Source of the DNA: Octopus vulgaris | Taxonomy: Eukaryota | Assembly: GCA_951406725.2 (NCBI GenBank) | Contig: OX597833.1 | Coordinates: 49,662,001-49,726,000, forward strand | Direction of reading: 5' to 3' | DNA: 64,000 nt | Made by a program: the position numbers and the translations under genes | Shown: positions 28,276-42,364 of the stretch, piece after piece | Numbering within the stretch: the first letter of the stretch is position 1 | How the letters are laid out: each line of letters opens with the position of its first letter | The notes under the pieces: model-generated | What the model was told of the DNA's origin: nothing | Database searches by the model: none | The model's input: the letters and a program-made list of their open reading frames with translations, nothing else

Positions 28276-28506
28276 ATTTCTTTACTACCCACAAGGGGCT
28301 AAACACAGAGGGGACAAACAAGGACAGACAAACGGATTAAGTCGATTACATCGACCCCAGTGCGTAACTAGTACTTAATTTATCGACCCCGAAAGGATGA
28401 AAGGCAAAGTTGACCTCGGCGGAATTTGAACGCAGAACGTAACGGTAGACGAAATACGGCTACGCATTCCGCCCGGCGTGCTAACGTTTCTGCCAGCTCG
28501 CCGCCT
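28276..28506 (-). mobile_element. SINE group B, full-length monomer
   Basis: Reverse-complement head to tail. Confidence 0.92.
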
Positions 28507-29080
28507 TAACAACAACAGCAACGACAACAACAACAACGACGACGATGAGGAGGAGGAGGAGGAGGAGGAGGGAGGGAGAGGAGTAGCAGGAGGGTGAAAG
28601 TAAAGAGGAGGAAGGGGAGATGAGGAGGGTGGAGTGATGATGATGATGACGGTGTGAGTTTTTAGCTAAAAATAATTTTAAAAATTTATCAAATATTTGT
28701 TTTTAGAAATTTCAAGGTTACAGAACTGAGAATTAACTAATGAAACAGAGCAGCATGAAGAAGCGGGTGGTGGGAATTGATGCAAGAACAGAGAAGATGT
28801 AGGAGGACGGTGGTGTTGAAGGGAGAGAATCTGGTTGTTGATATAGGGGTCGCTGGGGTTTCCGAAGGTATGGCGAACGTAATGAGATAATGAAATATTT
28901 TAAAAGGAAATGAGATTGAAAAATAGAAGCGATACCGAGAAAATTACCTGCAAACAAAAATCTGCATGCGTCCTCACATGCAAACACACACAAACACATA
29001 CAAACTCAATCGCACGCACTAACACAGACATGCTATATCCCTTTTTCAGTGTGTTCGTATGTGTATGCGTATGTATGTGC

Positions 29081-29131
<51 letters not shown>

Positions 29132-29248
29132 CACATATATATATATATATATATACATACATACATGTATATACATATTTATATATACATATACAGTGAG
29201 AGAGATAAAGGGTTATATATATTTACATATATATGCATATGCCTGTGT

Positions 29249-29287
<39 letters not shown>

Positions 29288-29362
29288 GATACACACAAAC
29301 ATACAGATAAATAGATAGATAGATAGATAGTTATATATATAGAGAGACAGAGAGAGAGAGAC

Positions 29363-29442
<80 letters not shown>

Positions 29443-30359
29443 CGCTACATAGATGTCCTTGAGATCCATATACGCGTACTGGAAAAACAGCCCCTACATA
29501 AGTGAAAGAGGAGAGAAGAGAAATTTAATGAAAATCGATCCCCAAAGACTGAAAATGAAAGCTGCAGAACTAAGCATGAATGTGTGAGACAGTGAGAGAC
29601 AGAAAGTAGAAAAGGGCAAGAAAAGGGATTCAGGAACAGATATATGGAGAGAGTGAAAGAGAGAAATAGACGGAAGTAGAGAGAGAGAGAGTGTGTGAGA
29701 CAGAAAGGGTGAGACGGAAAGAGAGAGAGAAGGAGAGTGAGGGGAAAAGAGAGCGAGAGGGGGAAAAGCAAGCAGAGTTAAGGTAATTGGGAAGAATTAG
29801 TGACTACTAGAATGGTTAAGATATTGATTCGATATGATGGATAGTTTGAGAGAACGATGGAAAAATTCTGTAAGTACACAGAAATGTGGAAATATGTGGG
29901 GAAATATATCTATTAAGTGAGGCGGCGTAAGGGTTACATGGTGTGAAGGGTAAAGCCCTATCTGTAGCGGTGGAGTACATTGTAAAAGGTGAAAGATGAA
30001 CAGAAATTGATATAGAGACCTTTCTTATCTTTACGTATGACTTATATTCACGCTGAGAAACACACAAACACATACAACCACGTATACTTAGGAATATATA
30101 CACACGCACACGGCAACGTAAACAAACCACAAACACGATAAATATATATATCATAAAACATACATATATACGTTATATGTGTGTGTGTGTGTTTGTGTGT
30201 ATGATTTTGTGTGCTGGCGTATGTAGATATGAGTATGTGTGTATGCCTGCGTATATAAATTCCAGACATCTGATGACGGTGAGCAAGCCTAAGCTTCGAA
30301 ATCACTCTCAATATTTACCTTGTTTAAGTTAATAGAGATATATGGATGTATGTATATCC

Positions 30360-30441
<82 letters not shown>

Positions 30442-30476
30442 ATATATATATATATAAATACATAAACACAAACATA

Positions 30477-31092
30477 CCAGGCGTGGCTATGTGGTAAGAG
30501 GCTTGCCTCCCAACAGCATGCTTTCAGAGTCAGTGCCACTGTGTGGCACCTTGGACAAATGTCTTCTACTCTAACCTCAGCCGACCAAATGCTTTTGAGT
30601 GGATTTAATAGACAGGAACTGAAAGAGGCCCGTTGTATATATACATATACATGATCAAAATAGGCAACATGACATCAAGTAGTAATGCAGTATGACTGCT
30701 TCAAGCGGTGCCATTTAATTGAACAAGGCAATCATTACATCAATTTAAATGCAGTGCCATCTTCAGCTGCACCAATAAAAAGATAGAATTTTAACAAGTA
30801 GGACACATTAATATAATATTTCTTAAATAAATAAAAAAAACATTTAAATATATATATATATATGCATATATATATGTGCGTGTTTTCTGTCTGTATTTGT
30901 TTCTCCATGACAGCTTAACAACCAGTGTTGGTATGTTTACGTCCCTGCAGCCTAGCGGTTCGCCAAAAGGAAGTGATAGAATAAATACTAGTCTTACGAA
31001 GAATAAGTCATGGGGTCAATTTCTTCGATTAAATCTCTTCAAGGTGATGCTCCGGCATGGCCGCAGTCAAATGACTGGACCAAGTAAAAGAA
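30477..31092 (+). mobile_element. SINE group A, diverged, interrupted by ~200 bp inside its TA tract
   Basis: 5' half at 30477-30640, 3' half at 30880-31092. Confidence 0.75.
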
Positions 31093-31246
31093 TATATACA
31101 TGCAAATACATATACCCGCATGTGTGTGCTTTGTGTGTGTGTATACAGTCAGTAAGTGAAAGCTAAATATTCTCAGTAGAGCAAAGGAAAAGTAGAGCTC
31201 AAATTCATTTGAGCTCAGACTATGATTTCTTTATCAAGGCCTACCG

Positions 31247-31552
31247 CTCGGCTGGGATGTGTTACCCCACCCACCATATTCACCAATTATTGCTCCTTAG
31301 GATTTCCACTTATTCAGGTCTCTGTAGAATAGTCTTAATGGTAAAAATTTCAATTCCTTGGATGACGTAAAAAGATACCTTGATGAATTATTTGCCAATT
31401 CTTTGCCTCAGTTCTGGGAAGAGGGTATTTTCAAGTTAAAGGAAAGATGGAGACGCATTGTGCAACAAAATGGTTCATATTTCGTTGATTAAAAATGTAA
31501 TGGCAAGCATTTATTGACCTTTTTCTTTCCTTTAAAAATCGGCACAACCCAA
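31247..31552 (+). pseudogene. Mariner transposase C-terminal remnant plus eroded right TIR
   Basis: LGWDVLPHPPYSPIIAP*DFHLFRSL*NSLNGKNF...FWEEGIFKLKERWRRIVQQNGSYFVD* (YSPDLAPSD-type motif). Confidence 0.92.
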
Positions 31553-31844
31553 TAGAATAGTCAACATAGATTTGCTGCGAAAGAAAAACGAGAAACTGTA
31601 GCGTTTTATTTTTTTCAGGAAGGAATTTTATTTAATTCATTTGCAGGAAGGACCAGTTCGAGGGTCGTGTTCTGTCTTTACCTTCGAAACACGCATGGAG
31701 TCGAACCGGGGACAGCTGATGAAGGGGAATGTCCCTTGTGTTGCTTGTCTTGTGCTCTGTTTTTTCGTTGTTAAAAAAGTCCGTTTCCATGTTTTTATGT
31801 TTTCGTTTCTCGTTGAGTTCTACGTCTATTTGTGGTGTCCTGTA

Positions 31845-31914
<70 letters not shown>

Positions 31915-32160
31915 TGTATATATACATGTAGATGTAGGTACGTACATATATGTATGTATGTATGCATATATTTTATTTATTAAATTATTGTATGACTGAG
32001 CGTCCTCGCGTCGCTTCGTTTCTTTTCTTTTCTCCAAGTAAGTTTTTTATATATAATTATGACGCGAAACTCTGTAACCCTTTGCTTGACCTTTCCTTCC
32101 TTCCTGTCTGTCTTCCTCTTTGCCTGTCTCTCTCCTTCTTATTTTCACCCGTTCTGGTTG

Positions 32161-32196
<36 letters not shown>

Positions 32197-32259
32197 TGTA
32201 TATATACATGTAGATGTAGGTACGTACATATATGTATGCATATATTTTATTTATTAAAT

Positions 32260-32345
<86 letters not shown>

Positions 32346-33489
32346 ATAGATATACACGCCCCATCACCCCATATATGTGTTTTTATGTATTTGCGTAGAG
32401 TTTATATTTTTATGTGTTTGCGTATCGAAATAGTTTGAATGAGTGAGTAAATGCAAATTTAAGTGTCTCTTTAAGATATAAATATGCTCTTTTCATTGCT
32501 TTTTATTTCTCCTTTCTATAGGTTGTCTGCAAGATTTATAGCAATTGAATCTTAGATAAAAATGAGTTCAATGAAAAGAGATAAGCTCTTTGAATATGCA
32601 TGTGTATAGAAGAAAGGATGCGGTAACTTCGTAAAAGACACTGAGAGAACGGTCGTGAAGATATAAGTGAAGGAATTCTGTGAGCAAAATAAAAAAAAAT
32701 GGAAGACTTACAAAGAAAAGAAAAGTGTTAAATGTTACATGAGATGCAGAAGAATGTATTTGGGTGGAGTGACGGATTTTTGCAATTTGCTATAAACTGG
32801 AAAGGAAGTATGCGTTCGCCAAAATATTGGCAGAGGCGAAGGAATATATGAAGAATTTACGTCTAATTAATTGAGATATTGCCCCCGGAATAAAACAAAT
32901 AAAGGAGGTGGAGCTTTGTAAAGGAGGCGGAGATGTTTTGCTAAGTGGAATGGAAGAATGTTTCACATAGAAACATACATATTCAATCACTCTCTCTCTC
33001 TCTCTCTCTCATGTACACATGCATTCGTATATGTGTATGGATTTAAACGTTTCACACATTTCTTAATGTATGCATATTCACGAAATGAAGCTGAATGAAT
33101 GCAGAATATTTATTATGGGATGCACACAAGGAAATGAATACAAAAGAAACACGCCCCTCAATAATGAAAATATGCTATTTCCTTCAATCGTTCCGTCGTT
33201 TCTGTCTGTCTCTCTCCAAGTCGCCATCTCTCTCTTTTCCTCTCTGGCTCTCGACGTATATGCATGTTTGTGCTGAGAATATATCTGTGAATACAGACGA
33301 CACATGACTTATGAAAGAGGGCAAAAAGCGTGCACAAAGAGAGAATCATCTCACAAGTTAATGCATTGTTTTTTTTAAACAAGTATTCACGAGTTCACAT
33401 AAATTATCATAATTCATGTAAATTATCGAAATATTAGGGGGAGAACAGTGGAGGGTGGGGTAGTGGATTACATAATTCCCTAATGCTTG

Positions 33490-33891
33490 ATTTATACTTT
33501 ATTTCATCGAAGCCAGTAATTTCGAATATTCAACTGGTGTTTGTTTCTTCGATCCTAAAAAGGAAAAGTCGACCTCGGTGGAATTCGAACTTAGAACGTA
33601 AAGACACAAAATGCCGCAGAGCATTTCGCCCAGCGTGCTAACGATTCTGGCCATCTCGCTGCCTTTTTAATCGTATAATATTCTTAGACCTCTGTCTTTA
33701 CGTTCCGGGTTCAAATTCCGCCGAGGTCGACTTTGTCTTTCATAAACTAAGTAACAGCTGCGTACTGGTGTTGATCTAATCGACTGGCCCCTTCTCCCAA
33801 AATTTCTGGCCTTGTGCCTATACAAGAAAGGATTATTACTATTGTTGTAGTAGTAGTGGTTGTGGTGGTGGTGGTGGTGGTAGTAGTAGTG

Positions 33892-33926
<35 letters not shown>

Positions 33927-34070
33927 CCGGTTGGGATGACAGCAAGAAATACTTAGCAGCATTTCGTCCACGGAGGTTGACTTTGTCTTTCATCCTTTCG
34001 GGGTCGATAAATTAAGTACCAGTTGCATACTGGCCCCCTTGGACCTTGTGCCTAGAGTAGAAAAGAATAT
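33490..34070. mobile_element. Cluster of three diverged SINE B-variant fragments in both orientations
   Basis: gtcgacctcggtggaattcgaac (minus); gttcaaattccgccgaggtcgac and catcctttcggggtcgataaattaagtacc (plus). Confidence 0.75.
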
Positions 34071-34198
34071 TCTTAGTACTCTTTAATAAATTCCCAGGCT
34101 TCTCTTCTTTTTTATCGACTGAGAATAAGTTTCATAATGCTAATGATAATTATAATTTTAATTGAGTAAAATTAGCTTCGTCTTAATATAGAATGAAA

Positions 34199-34258
<60 letters not shown>

Positions 34259-34991
34259 TGTGTGTACGTGCTATGAATTATTCTGAATGAAGACATATTC
34301 GGTGTTTCAGATTCAGTTTTGGATCTTTGGATTTCAGTTGAAAGGTTATCTATCATATAAGAAGTTATATTGTTATCCAATGCGTATATAGTATGCCGGT
34401 TTCGAAAGCACTGTGCTACGCATGCGCACCCAGCATTGGCTTCGAATTTTGATACAAGACCAGGATTCTCGGTGAAGGGTGTAAGCAGGATCGGATTTAA
34501 ACCTTGAGGAGGAGGGCCAAGGCACGTCAAGTGCGGTGGGCCCCTGATGCACAAGAATTAAAATCTTATAAAATTACCGAATTTAAATTTCAAACCCCAT
34601 GTATTTCATGTAATTGAGTTTGATGAGTTAATTAAATGATTGAAAATGTCGCTTTATAGATACACTTCAAAATCCAAATTTCGCTTTTCACACATCCACT
34701 GTCGGTGGGGTACAAGGGGTAAGATTTTTTCCCTTTTAACGTGAGTTACAAATGTTTCAGAACGAAGAATAAGATAAAATGACAGGAAATTACGAAAAAG
34801 TAAAACAGAAATCATTTTTGTGGTTGTTGCTGTTCCAAAGGCATGATGAGTTTGTGTGACGGGGCGGGTGGAGACACCAACATTTAGAAACACGGATTTA
34901 AAAAATTCTCTTAAGACGGCTTTCATTCACTGTTTTGCAATAGGTGAAACAAAGGAGCGGGGTAGGGGGAGTCCCGACGAAAACGAGAAAA

Positions 34992-35249
34992 TTCTAGGTT
35001 TTGACCTGTCCTCAGCGTACGACAATCACCGGTTTTCGATGAAGGGAGGTCCCAATGCAAATTCTCATATCGTTTTTCCAGTAACTTTTCGTCACTGATT
35101 TCGAAAAACTGTCTGCAAGCAATAATAATCTCTGAACGAGGCATAAACAGTAGCTGCACGACAATGTGAGGTATACTTGCCATCTCAGGGACCTCCCTTC
35201 ATCGAAAACCGGTGATTGTCGTACGCTGAGGACAGGTCAAAACCTAGAA
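34992..35249. repeat. Perfect 62-bp inverted repeat (34992-35053 / 35188-35249)
   Basis: ttctaggttttgacctgtcctcagcgtacg...gaagggaggtccc and its exact reverse complement, 134-bp spacer. Confidence 0.95.
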
Positions 35250-35422
35250 ACTACAGTCCGTGCGTATCACTTAGGTTAACGAGGGAAGGGTGACCTCCCT
35301 TTGCAAATTCCATAAGGCACAGAAAGTGTGCCTAAAGCCAGCTGGAGACAATGTTCTCCTGGGGCTACAAGCTACAGTAACACTCACCCTTAGTGGTTAG
35401 CCATATTGAGATGGCAAGTATA
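35172..35422 (+). mobile_element. Hammerhead-containing repeat family 1 (Penelope-like pLTR / retrozyme-like)
   Basis: Homologous to 53820-54030, 56830-57108 and 59856-60018; 16-bp inverted copy of its 3' end (tatacttgccatctca) at its 5' end. Confidence 0.7.
35220..35264 (+). ncRNA. Type I hammerhead ribozyme motif
   Basis: cgtacg CTGAGGA c AGGT caaa ACCT a GAAA CT ac AG TC cgtgcg: 6-bp stem I (one GU), extendable by gtgat/atcac; 4-bp stem II with a C.A closing mismatch; GUC cleavage triplet. Confidence 0.75.
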
Positions 35423-35494
35423 TATATATATATATATATATTTTGTACATGTTCCAGTCATTTGACAGCGGCCATGCTGGAGCACCGCCTTTAG

Positions 35495-35646
35495 AGTGGT
35501 GAAAGAGTACAGCAGGGATCTCCACCACCCCCTGCCGGAGCCTCGTGGAGCTTTTAGGTGTTTTCGCTCAATAAACACACACAACGCCCGGTCTGGGAAT
35601 CGAAACCGCGATCCTCCGACCGCAAGTCAGCTGCCCTAACCACTGG

Positions 35647-35650
<4 letters not shown>
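35495..35650 (-). mobile_element. SINE group E 5' part, adjacent to a SINE A tail fragment (35445-35492)
   Basis: tggcccagtggttagggcag...ggtttcgattcccagaccggg tRNA-like head on minus strand. Confidence 0.85.
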
Positions 35651-35735
<85 letters not shown>

Positions 35736-36020
35736 TTTGTTTAATTTGCAAAGCGTTGTGTTAGTTAATGATGGTCTTTGAAACTACTTCGTAAATCTGA
35801 TATTATCCGCGGAAAGACATTTCCCGTTGAGATTGTTACAGGAAACATAATCCACTTGGGTGTTAACAATATTGAAGAGTTTCATCTCCTGTGGGTTTGC
35901 TAGAATCGGTTTCATTGAAATCGTGTTAGTATACCAAATCCACATGAATGCATGGGTGAGGTTTTCTTTTCCATAGCATTAATGATAGCAACGTTATGTT
36001 TTAATGATATATTCTGCTAA

Positions 36021-36435
36021 GGCGGCTAACTGGCAGAAACGTTAGCACGCCAGGCGAAATGCGTAGCCGTATTTCGTCTGCCGTTACGTTCTGAGTCCAA
36101 ATTCCGCCGAGGTCGATTTTGCCTTTCATCCTTTCGGGGTCGATAAATTAAGTACCAGTTACGCACTGGGGTCGATGTAATCGACTTAATCCCTTTGTCT
36201 GTCCTTGTTTGTCCCCTCTATATTTAGCCCCTTGTGGGTAATAAAGAAACAGGTATTTCGTCTGCCGCTACGATCTGAGTTCAAATTCTGCCGAAGTCGA
36301 CTTTGCCTTTCATCCTTTCGGGGTCGATTAAGTAAGTACCAGTCACACACTGGGATCGATATAATCGACTTAATCCGTTTGTCTGTCATTGTTTGTCCTC
36401 TCTGTGTTTAGCCCATTGTGGGTAGAAAAGAAATA
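36021..36435 (+). mobile_element. SINE group B, dimeric, followed by an older B-variant to ~36620
   Basis: Head plus two units. Confidence 0.92.
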
Positions 36436-36667
36436 AGAATCGTTAGCAGGACAGGAAAAGTGCTTAGCGATATTGCGTTGATCTTCACGTTCTCAAGTTC
36501 AAATCTCGCCTGAGTTGATTTTACTTTTCATCTTTCGGGATTGACAAAATCAGTTCCAGTTGATCACTGGGGGTCGATGTAATCGACTTACATCTTAACC
36601 CGAAAATTATGATATAAGCATTCTGGAGAGATAAAAAAAACAGAGAAAGCATATGCTTTCCTGTAAC

Positions 36668-36704
<37 letters not shown>

Positions 36705-36792
36705 GAGAGAGGAAGAGAGAGGAAGAGAGAAAGAGAAAAGGCGAGGAGAAGAGAGAGTTATGTGATGCAAAGGAAAACATAAAAATAAAAAA

Positions 36793-37044
36793 ATAAATGC
36801 GTACTTTTAAAGCCTAGCCAGGCTCATGGGCCTGGTTCCCGATTTATATAGCGTCTGTGTTCCCCAACTGGACGGGACGCCAGTCCATCGCAGCATTACT
36901 CATTTTTGCCAGCTGAGTAGACTGGAGCAATGTGAAATGAAGTGTTTTGCGCAAGAACGCAAAACGTTGCCCGGTCCAGGGATCGAAACTACAATCTTAC
37001 GATTATGATGCTGACGCCCTAACCACTAAACCACGCGCCTCCAC
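36793..37044 (-). mobile_element. SINE group C
   Basis: Reverse-complement match; flanked by aaaggaaaa(c/t)ataaa duplication. Confidence 0.88.
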
Positions 37045-37299
37045 TAAAGGAAAATATAAAGGAAAGCGAAACAGATGACGATAGATATAGTCAGAGAGGA
37101 AAGAGACTGATTGGAGGTCACGTAGGTTTCAGTGAGTTTCAGGAAGAGGGGATAGAAAAAAACCACGGAGATTCAGCACTTTTGTGGAAGTGAGGGTGGG
37201 AGTGCGGATGGTTACATACAAGAAAAGAAGAAGAAGAAAATTGCTATACACTCGCACATACTACTAAGTCGCATATATACAAATATTATATTCACATGT

Positions 37300-37860
37300 A
37301 CATATGTGTGTGTATGTATATATGCATATATGTGTGTGTGTATGTATGTATGTATGTATGTATGTGTGTATGTGTGTATGTATGTATGAATGAATGTATG
37401 TGTGTATGTATGTATGTGTGTATGTATATATGTATGTAATTTATGTATGTATGTATGTATGTAAGTATGTGTGTATGTATATATGTGTGTATGTATGTAT
37501 GTATGTGTGTGTATATATTGTTTGTGTGTATGTATGTATGTGTGTATGTATGTGTGTATGTATGTATGTATGTATGTATGTATGTATGTCATTTATGTAT
37601 GTATGTGTGTTTGTATGTATGTGTGTATGTATGTATGTATGTATGCATGTAATTTATGTATGTATGTATGTGTGTTTGTATGTATGTATGTATGTATGTA
37701 TGTGTGTATGTATGTGTGTATGTATGTAATTTATGTATGTATGTATGCATGTATGTATGTATGTGTGTATGTATGTATGTATGTGTGTATGTTTGTATGT
37801 ATGTATGTAATTTATGCATGTATGTATGTGTGTGTGTTTGTATGTATGTGTGTATGTATG

Positions 37861-37891
<31 letters not shown>

Positions 37892-38035
37892 TTTATGTAT
37901 GTATGTATGTATGTGTGTGTATTTGTATGTATGTGTGTATGTATGTATGTATGTATGTTTGTATGTATGTATGTATGTATGTATGTATGTATGTATGTAT
38001 GTATGTATGTATGTATGTATGTATGTATGTATGTA
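37300..38035. repeat. (TATG)n complex array with periodic taatt interruptions
   Basis: Directly visible. Confidence 0.95.
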
Positions 38036-38272
38036 GAACTGAAAATCATAACAGTATGAAAAATATATTCAGGATATTTTAAAGTTAATGATCACATACA
38101 TTTGCATAAGCATGAAATCGCTGGCACCAACACAGAAACGCGCACAGAATTGCACACACAATTTGCTCCCACGTATACATACACACACACACACAGAGGC
38201 AAGCGCAAACACACATACTTTTTCGTACGTGCATGTGTATGTCTCATTCTCTCTCTCACTCTATCTCTCTTT

Positions 38273-38321
<49 letters not shown>

Positions 38322-38439
38322 AATATTTAATTAAATCCCCCAAAATGAAGAACAAACACCAGAAAAAGCAACAACGCGAAGACGTGGTACATGGAAAGTA
38401 TTGGCATACACACACACACACACACGTATATATGTGTGT

Positions 38440-38502
38440 GTATATATATATATATATATATACAAGCATACATACATATAGATACATCTGAAAAGAAAAT
38501 TA

Positions 38503-38535
<33 letters not shown>

Positions 38536-38575
38536 CAAGCATACATACATATAGATACATCTGAAAAGAAAATTA

Positions 38576-38610
<35 letters not shown>

Positions 38611-38650
38611 CAAGCATACATACATATAGATACATCTGAAAAGAAAATTA

Positions 38651-38683
<33 letters not shown>

Positions 38684-38725
38684 CAAGCATACATACATAT
38701 AGATACATCTGAAAAGAAAATTATA

Positions 38726-38764
<39 letters not shown>

Positions 38765-38802
38765 AGCATACATACATATAGATACATCTGAAAAGAAAAT
38801 TA

Positions 38803-38879
<77 letters not shown>

Positions 38880-38919
38880 CATACATACATATAGATACAT
38901 CTGAAAAGAAAATTATATG

Positions 38920-38945
<26 letters not shown>
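38440..38945. repeat. Minisatellite, 6 units of aagcatacatacatatagatacatctgaaaagaaaattatatga plus (TA)n
   Basis: Units start near 38462, 38535, 38610, 38683, 38762 and 38877. Confidence 0.95.
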
Positions 38946-38950
<5 letters not shown>

Positions 38951-39171
38951 TATATACATATATACATACATATATATTATATACATACACATATATATGT
39001 GTGTGTGTGTAAAGAGCTTAATGTTTTTTTTATCTATTTGCATTCGTTCATCTTGATTCAGAAAGGATTTGCATTGATTAATGCCCCTTACACAGATTTA
39101 AAGCAGATTTCAATCGCATTTCGTGGAAGCATTTTTACACGCATATACATAGGCTAATACACATTCACACA

Positions 39172-39209
<38 letters not shown>

Positions 39210-39389
39210 TACGTACACGAACTCATATGCAAGCACTTTGTGTGTCAATTCTCTCAATACACACACGTACACACACACACACACAATCATACGCACGCAC
39301 ACACATGCACAGACACACGTACACGCACACAGTGTAATTTACATAGAAACATACATACATACACACACGTATATATATATACACACATT

Positions 39390-39461
<72 letters not shown>

Positions 39462-39874
39462 CACAGCTCATAAGCTGAAACTGGAATCAATCATATATAT
39501 ACATGCATATAAATGTATATAATTATTTATATTTAAGTATATCTATACAAATTGCGCGCACGCATGGATGTCTATGTATATGTAATCATGTATGCATCTT
39601 TAATCGTATGTATGCATGCGTGTATGCATGTATGCTTGTAAGCATGCATGTATGTATGCATGTATGCATTTATTTATGCGTGTGTCCATAATATATGCAT
39701 ACGTACATATGTACGTATAATATACATATACTCAGACTTATAGGTTTCCATACATGCATACATACATACATGCATACATACTTACACAGATACAAATATA
39801 CATATATACATACAAATATATACACAAACACATGTATATCTCTACACAAATACATACATATATATATATACATT

Positions 39875-39918
<44 letters not shown>

Positions 39919-40471
39919 AATTATGTATATGCGTGTGTATATAAGTATTATGCATGTATGTATGTATATGCAGAATGGTGCTATGAATCACTTGTGTATT
40001 TGATGACGATTTGCTTTTGATATAAGCAAAATGTTTTGACAGAGATGTTTGCAAATTAAAATGGCTAAACGGTTTCTTCCCACTAAAACATTGCTTAATG
40101 AAATTAGAAACGTTTATCATAGATTAATTGCCCGCGGTGCAAATAGTGATTAACTTAATTGTCATTAATTTGTTGTTTTTGTCTCAATAAATAATACTTC
40201 AGTCACATATGTGGACGATCGTAGTTTAGTGTAGTGATGTTGGTCTAATAAGAACTACTGGGGGTTAAAGGTTAAAAATTCTGTAGCCTGCTGGGGAAAA
40301 CACGTAATTGAGTGCAGTTAGCGAATGCATCTGAGGAAATTATTCTGCAAATCACTTTAGCAATGCTAAAATCTAATCAGAAATTCAAGTCTTATGGGTA
40401 TTAAAAACCGTAATTCTATAAATAATGTAAATATAGTCAAAATGGATGACGAAATATTTCAATGTTATATA

Positions 40472-40514
<43 letters not shown>

Positions 40515-40798
40515 ATATAGATATGAATATATATACATATATATAAAATGTATATGTATATATGTATATGTATATATATACACATATAAAAACACATATA
40601 CATATGTATATATGTAAATGAAATATAAATCTAAATCTATTAATGTATATAAACACTCATATACATAAATACACACAGACTCACATATTCGTCCATCTAG
40701 CTATTTATCTATATGTCTCTTTCTCGCTGTCTCTGTCTTTCTCTCCCTCTCTCTGTGTCTCTCTTCCTCTCTTTATATCTATCTATCTATATATATAT

Positions 40799-40835
<37 letters not shown>

Positions 40836-41381
40836 CATATATATATTAGCATAATATATACATATATATTAGCATACTTTTAAATGACAACTACATACAA
40901 ATATATACACATACATATGTGTATATACACATACACATAAACACACAATAGCTCCAACGACAATTGTGAACACCACTACCAGCATCATCATCATTAACCA
41001 CTCCCACCATCAATACTACCTTCACAATCACCTCCCACTACCACCATCACCACCATCATTATTACCTGCACCATAATTACAACAATTACTACCACAGAGT
41101 ACATCATCAGGTGTAGCCGCAAATCCAATAAATCAAGGAACGATATCAAAAACGGCCCCAATGCGTTGTCGCTTGTCCTTCCTGAAATAGCAGTGGATTT
41201 TGCCTCCAATTACATTTCACCGTGTTATTGGATAATATAGTTGTAATTATATGATTCATATTTACACCATGCCTATCTAAACAAATCTATCACTACTCGA
41301 CCTCGAGTTGCCTCTTAGTGTCATGGGCACAAATATCTTGAATTTACAAATAAAAGCATAAATGATATTCTCTGCATTTAA

Positions 41382-41946
41382 GGTGGTAAGCTGGCAGAAA
41401 CGTTAGCACGCCGGGCAAAATGCTCAGCGGTATTTCGTCTGCCGCTACGTTCTGAGTTCAAATTCAGCCGAGGTCGATTTTGCTTTTCTTCCTTTCGAGG
41501 TCGATTAAATATGTACCAGTTACGCACTGGAGTCGATATAATCGGCTTAATCCGTTTGTCTGTCCTTATTTGTCCTCTCTGTGTTTAGCCCCTTGTGGGT
41601 AGTAAAGAAATAGGTATGCCGCTACGTTCTGAGTTCAAATTCCGCCGAGGTCGACTTTGCCTTTCTTCCTTTCGAGGTCGATGAAATATGTACCAGTTAC
41701 GCACTAAGGGTCGATATAATCGACTTAATCCGTTTGTCTGTCCTTGTTTGTCCTCTGTGTTTAGCCCCTTGTGGGTAATAAAGAAATAGGTATGCCGCTA
41801 CGTTCTGAGTTCAAATTCCGCCTAGGTCGACTTTGCCTTTCATCCTTTCGAGGTTGATTAAGTAAGTGCCAGTTACGCACTGGGGTCGATGTAATCGACT
41901 TAATCCCTTTGTCTGTCTCTCTTTGTCTCCTCTATATTTAGCCCTA
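41382..41946 (+). mobile_element. SINE group B, trimeric
   Basis: One head, three tandem body/tail units joined at aaagaaataggtatgccgctacgttctgag. Confidence 0.92.
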
Positions 41947-42364
41947 ATATGGATTATCTATTTCCAGAGTTAAAAATTGGATTTGCGTAGTGCTGACATC
42001 CGTAGCTAAAAAAGAACAAAATTAAAGATGCGCGGATGAAAATCCGAAACCAGGAAGACCGGGGAGACGAACACCTTCCCCTAGAGAAACCTATGGCGCA
42101 ATATAGTAGGATCCGAGTGGAAGATACAAGGCGAAGACCCAACTGGATAGGAGCAGAAAAGATAGTCCAGAGTCAAGAACAGTAGTGAAACGTCATTGAT
42201 GGCCTATGGTCTATAAGTATCGAAGGGATTCGGTAAGAAATTAATGTGTCTTAAAGACGGATTGAAATCCAACCCGAAACACAGCTGTAGCTGTTGAAAT
42301 GAAACTTTTGGAATAAATTGTGAGTGTGAAACATTTAATATTATCATTCATCAATGTGAAAATC

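Noticed and set aside
30270-30310. CTGATGA...CGAAATCACTC hammerhead-like string
   Set aside because: Stem II is not closed at the core and stems I and III do not pair
31640-31740. GAAAC followed by CTGATGA as a type II hammerhead
   Set aside because: No stem I hairpin between GTC and CTGATGA; probably part of another dispersed repeat
32770-32970. Protein-like stretch KLERKYAFAKILAEAKEYMKNL
   Set aside because: Interrupted by a stop, no recognisable family, no convincing splice sites
36592-36622. 31-nt minus-strand exon candidate with strong acceptor and GTAAGT donor
   Set aside because: The donor comes from the SINE B-variant motif cgacttac; cannot be separated from repeat-derived chance without RNA data
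38440-38945. Repeat-spacer pattern as a CRISPR array
   Set aside because: Spacers are (TA)n, context is eukaryotic, no cas genes
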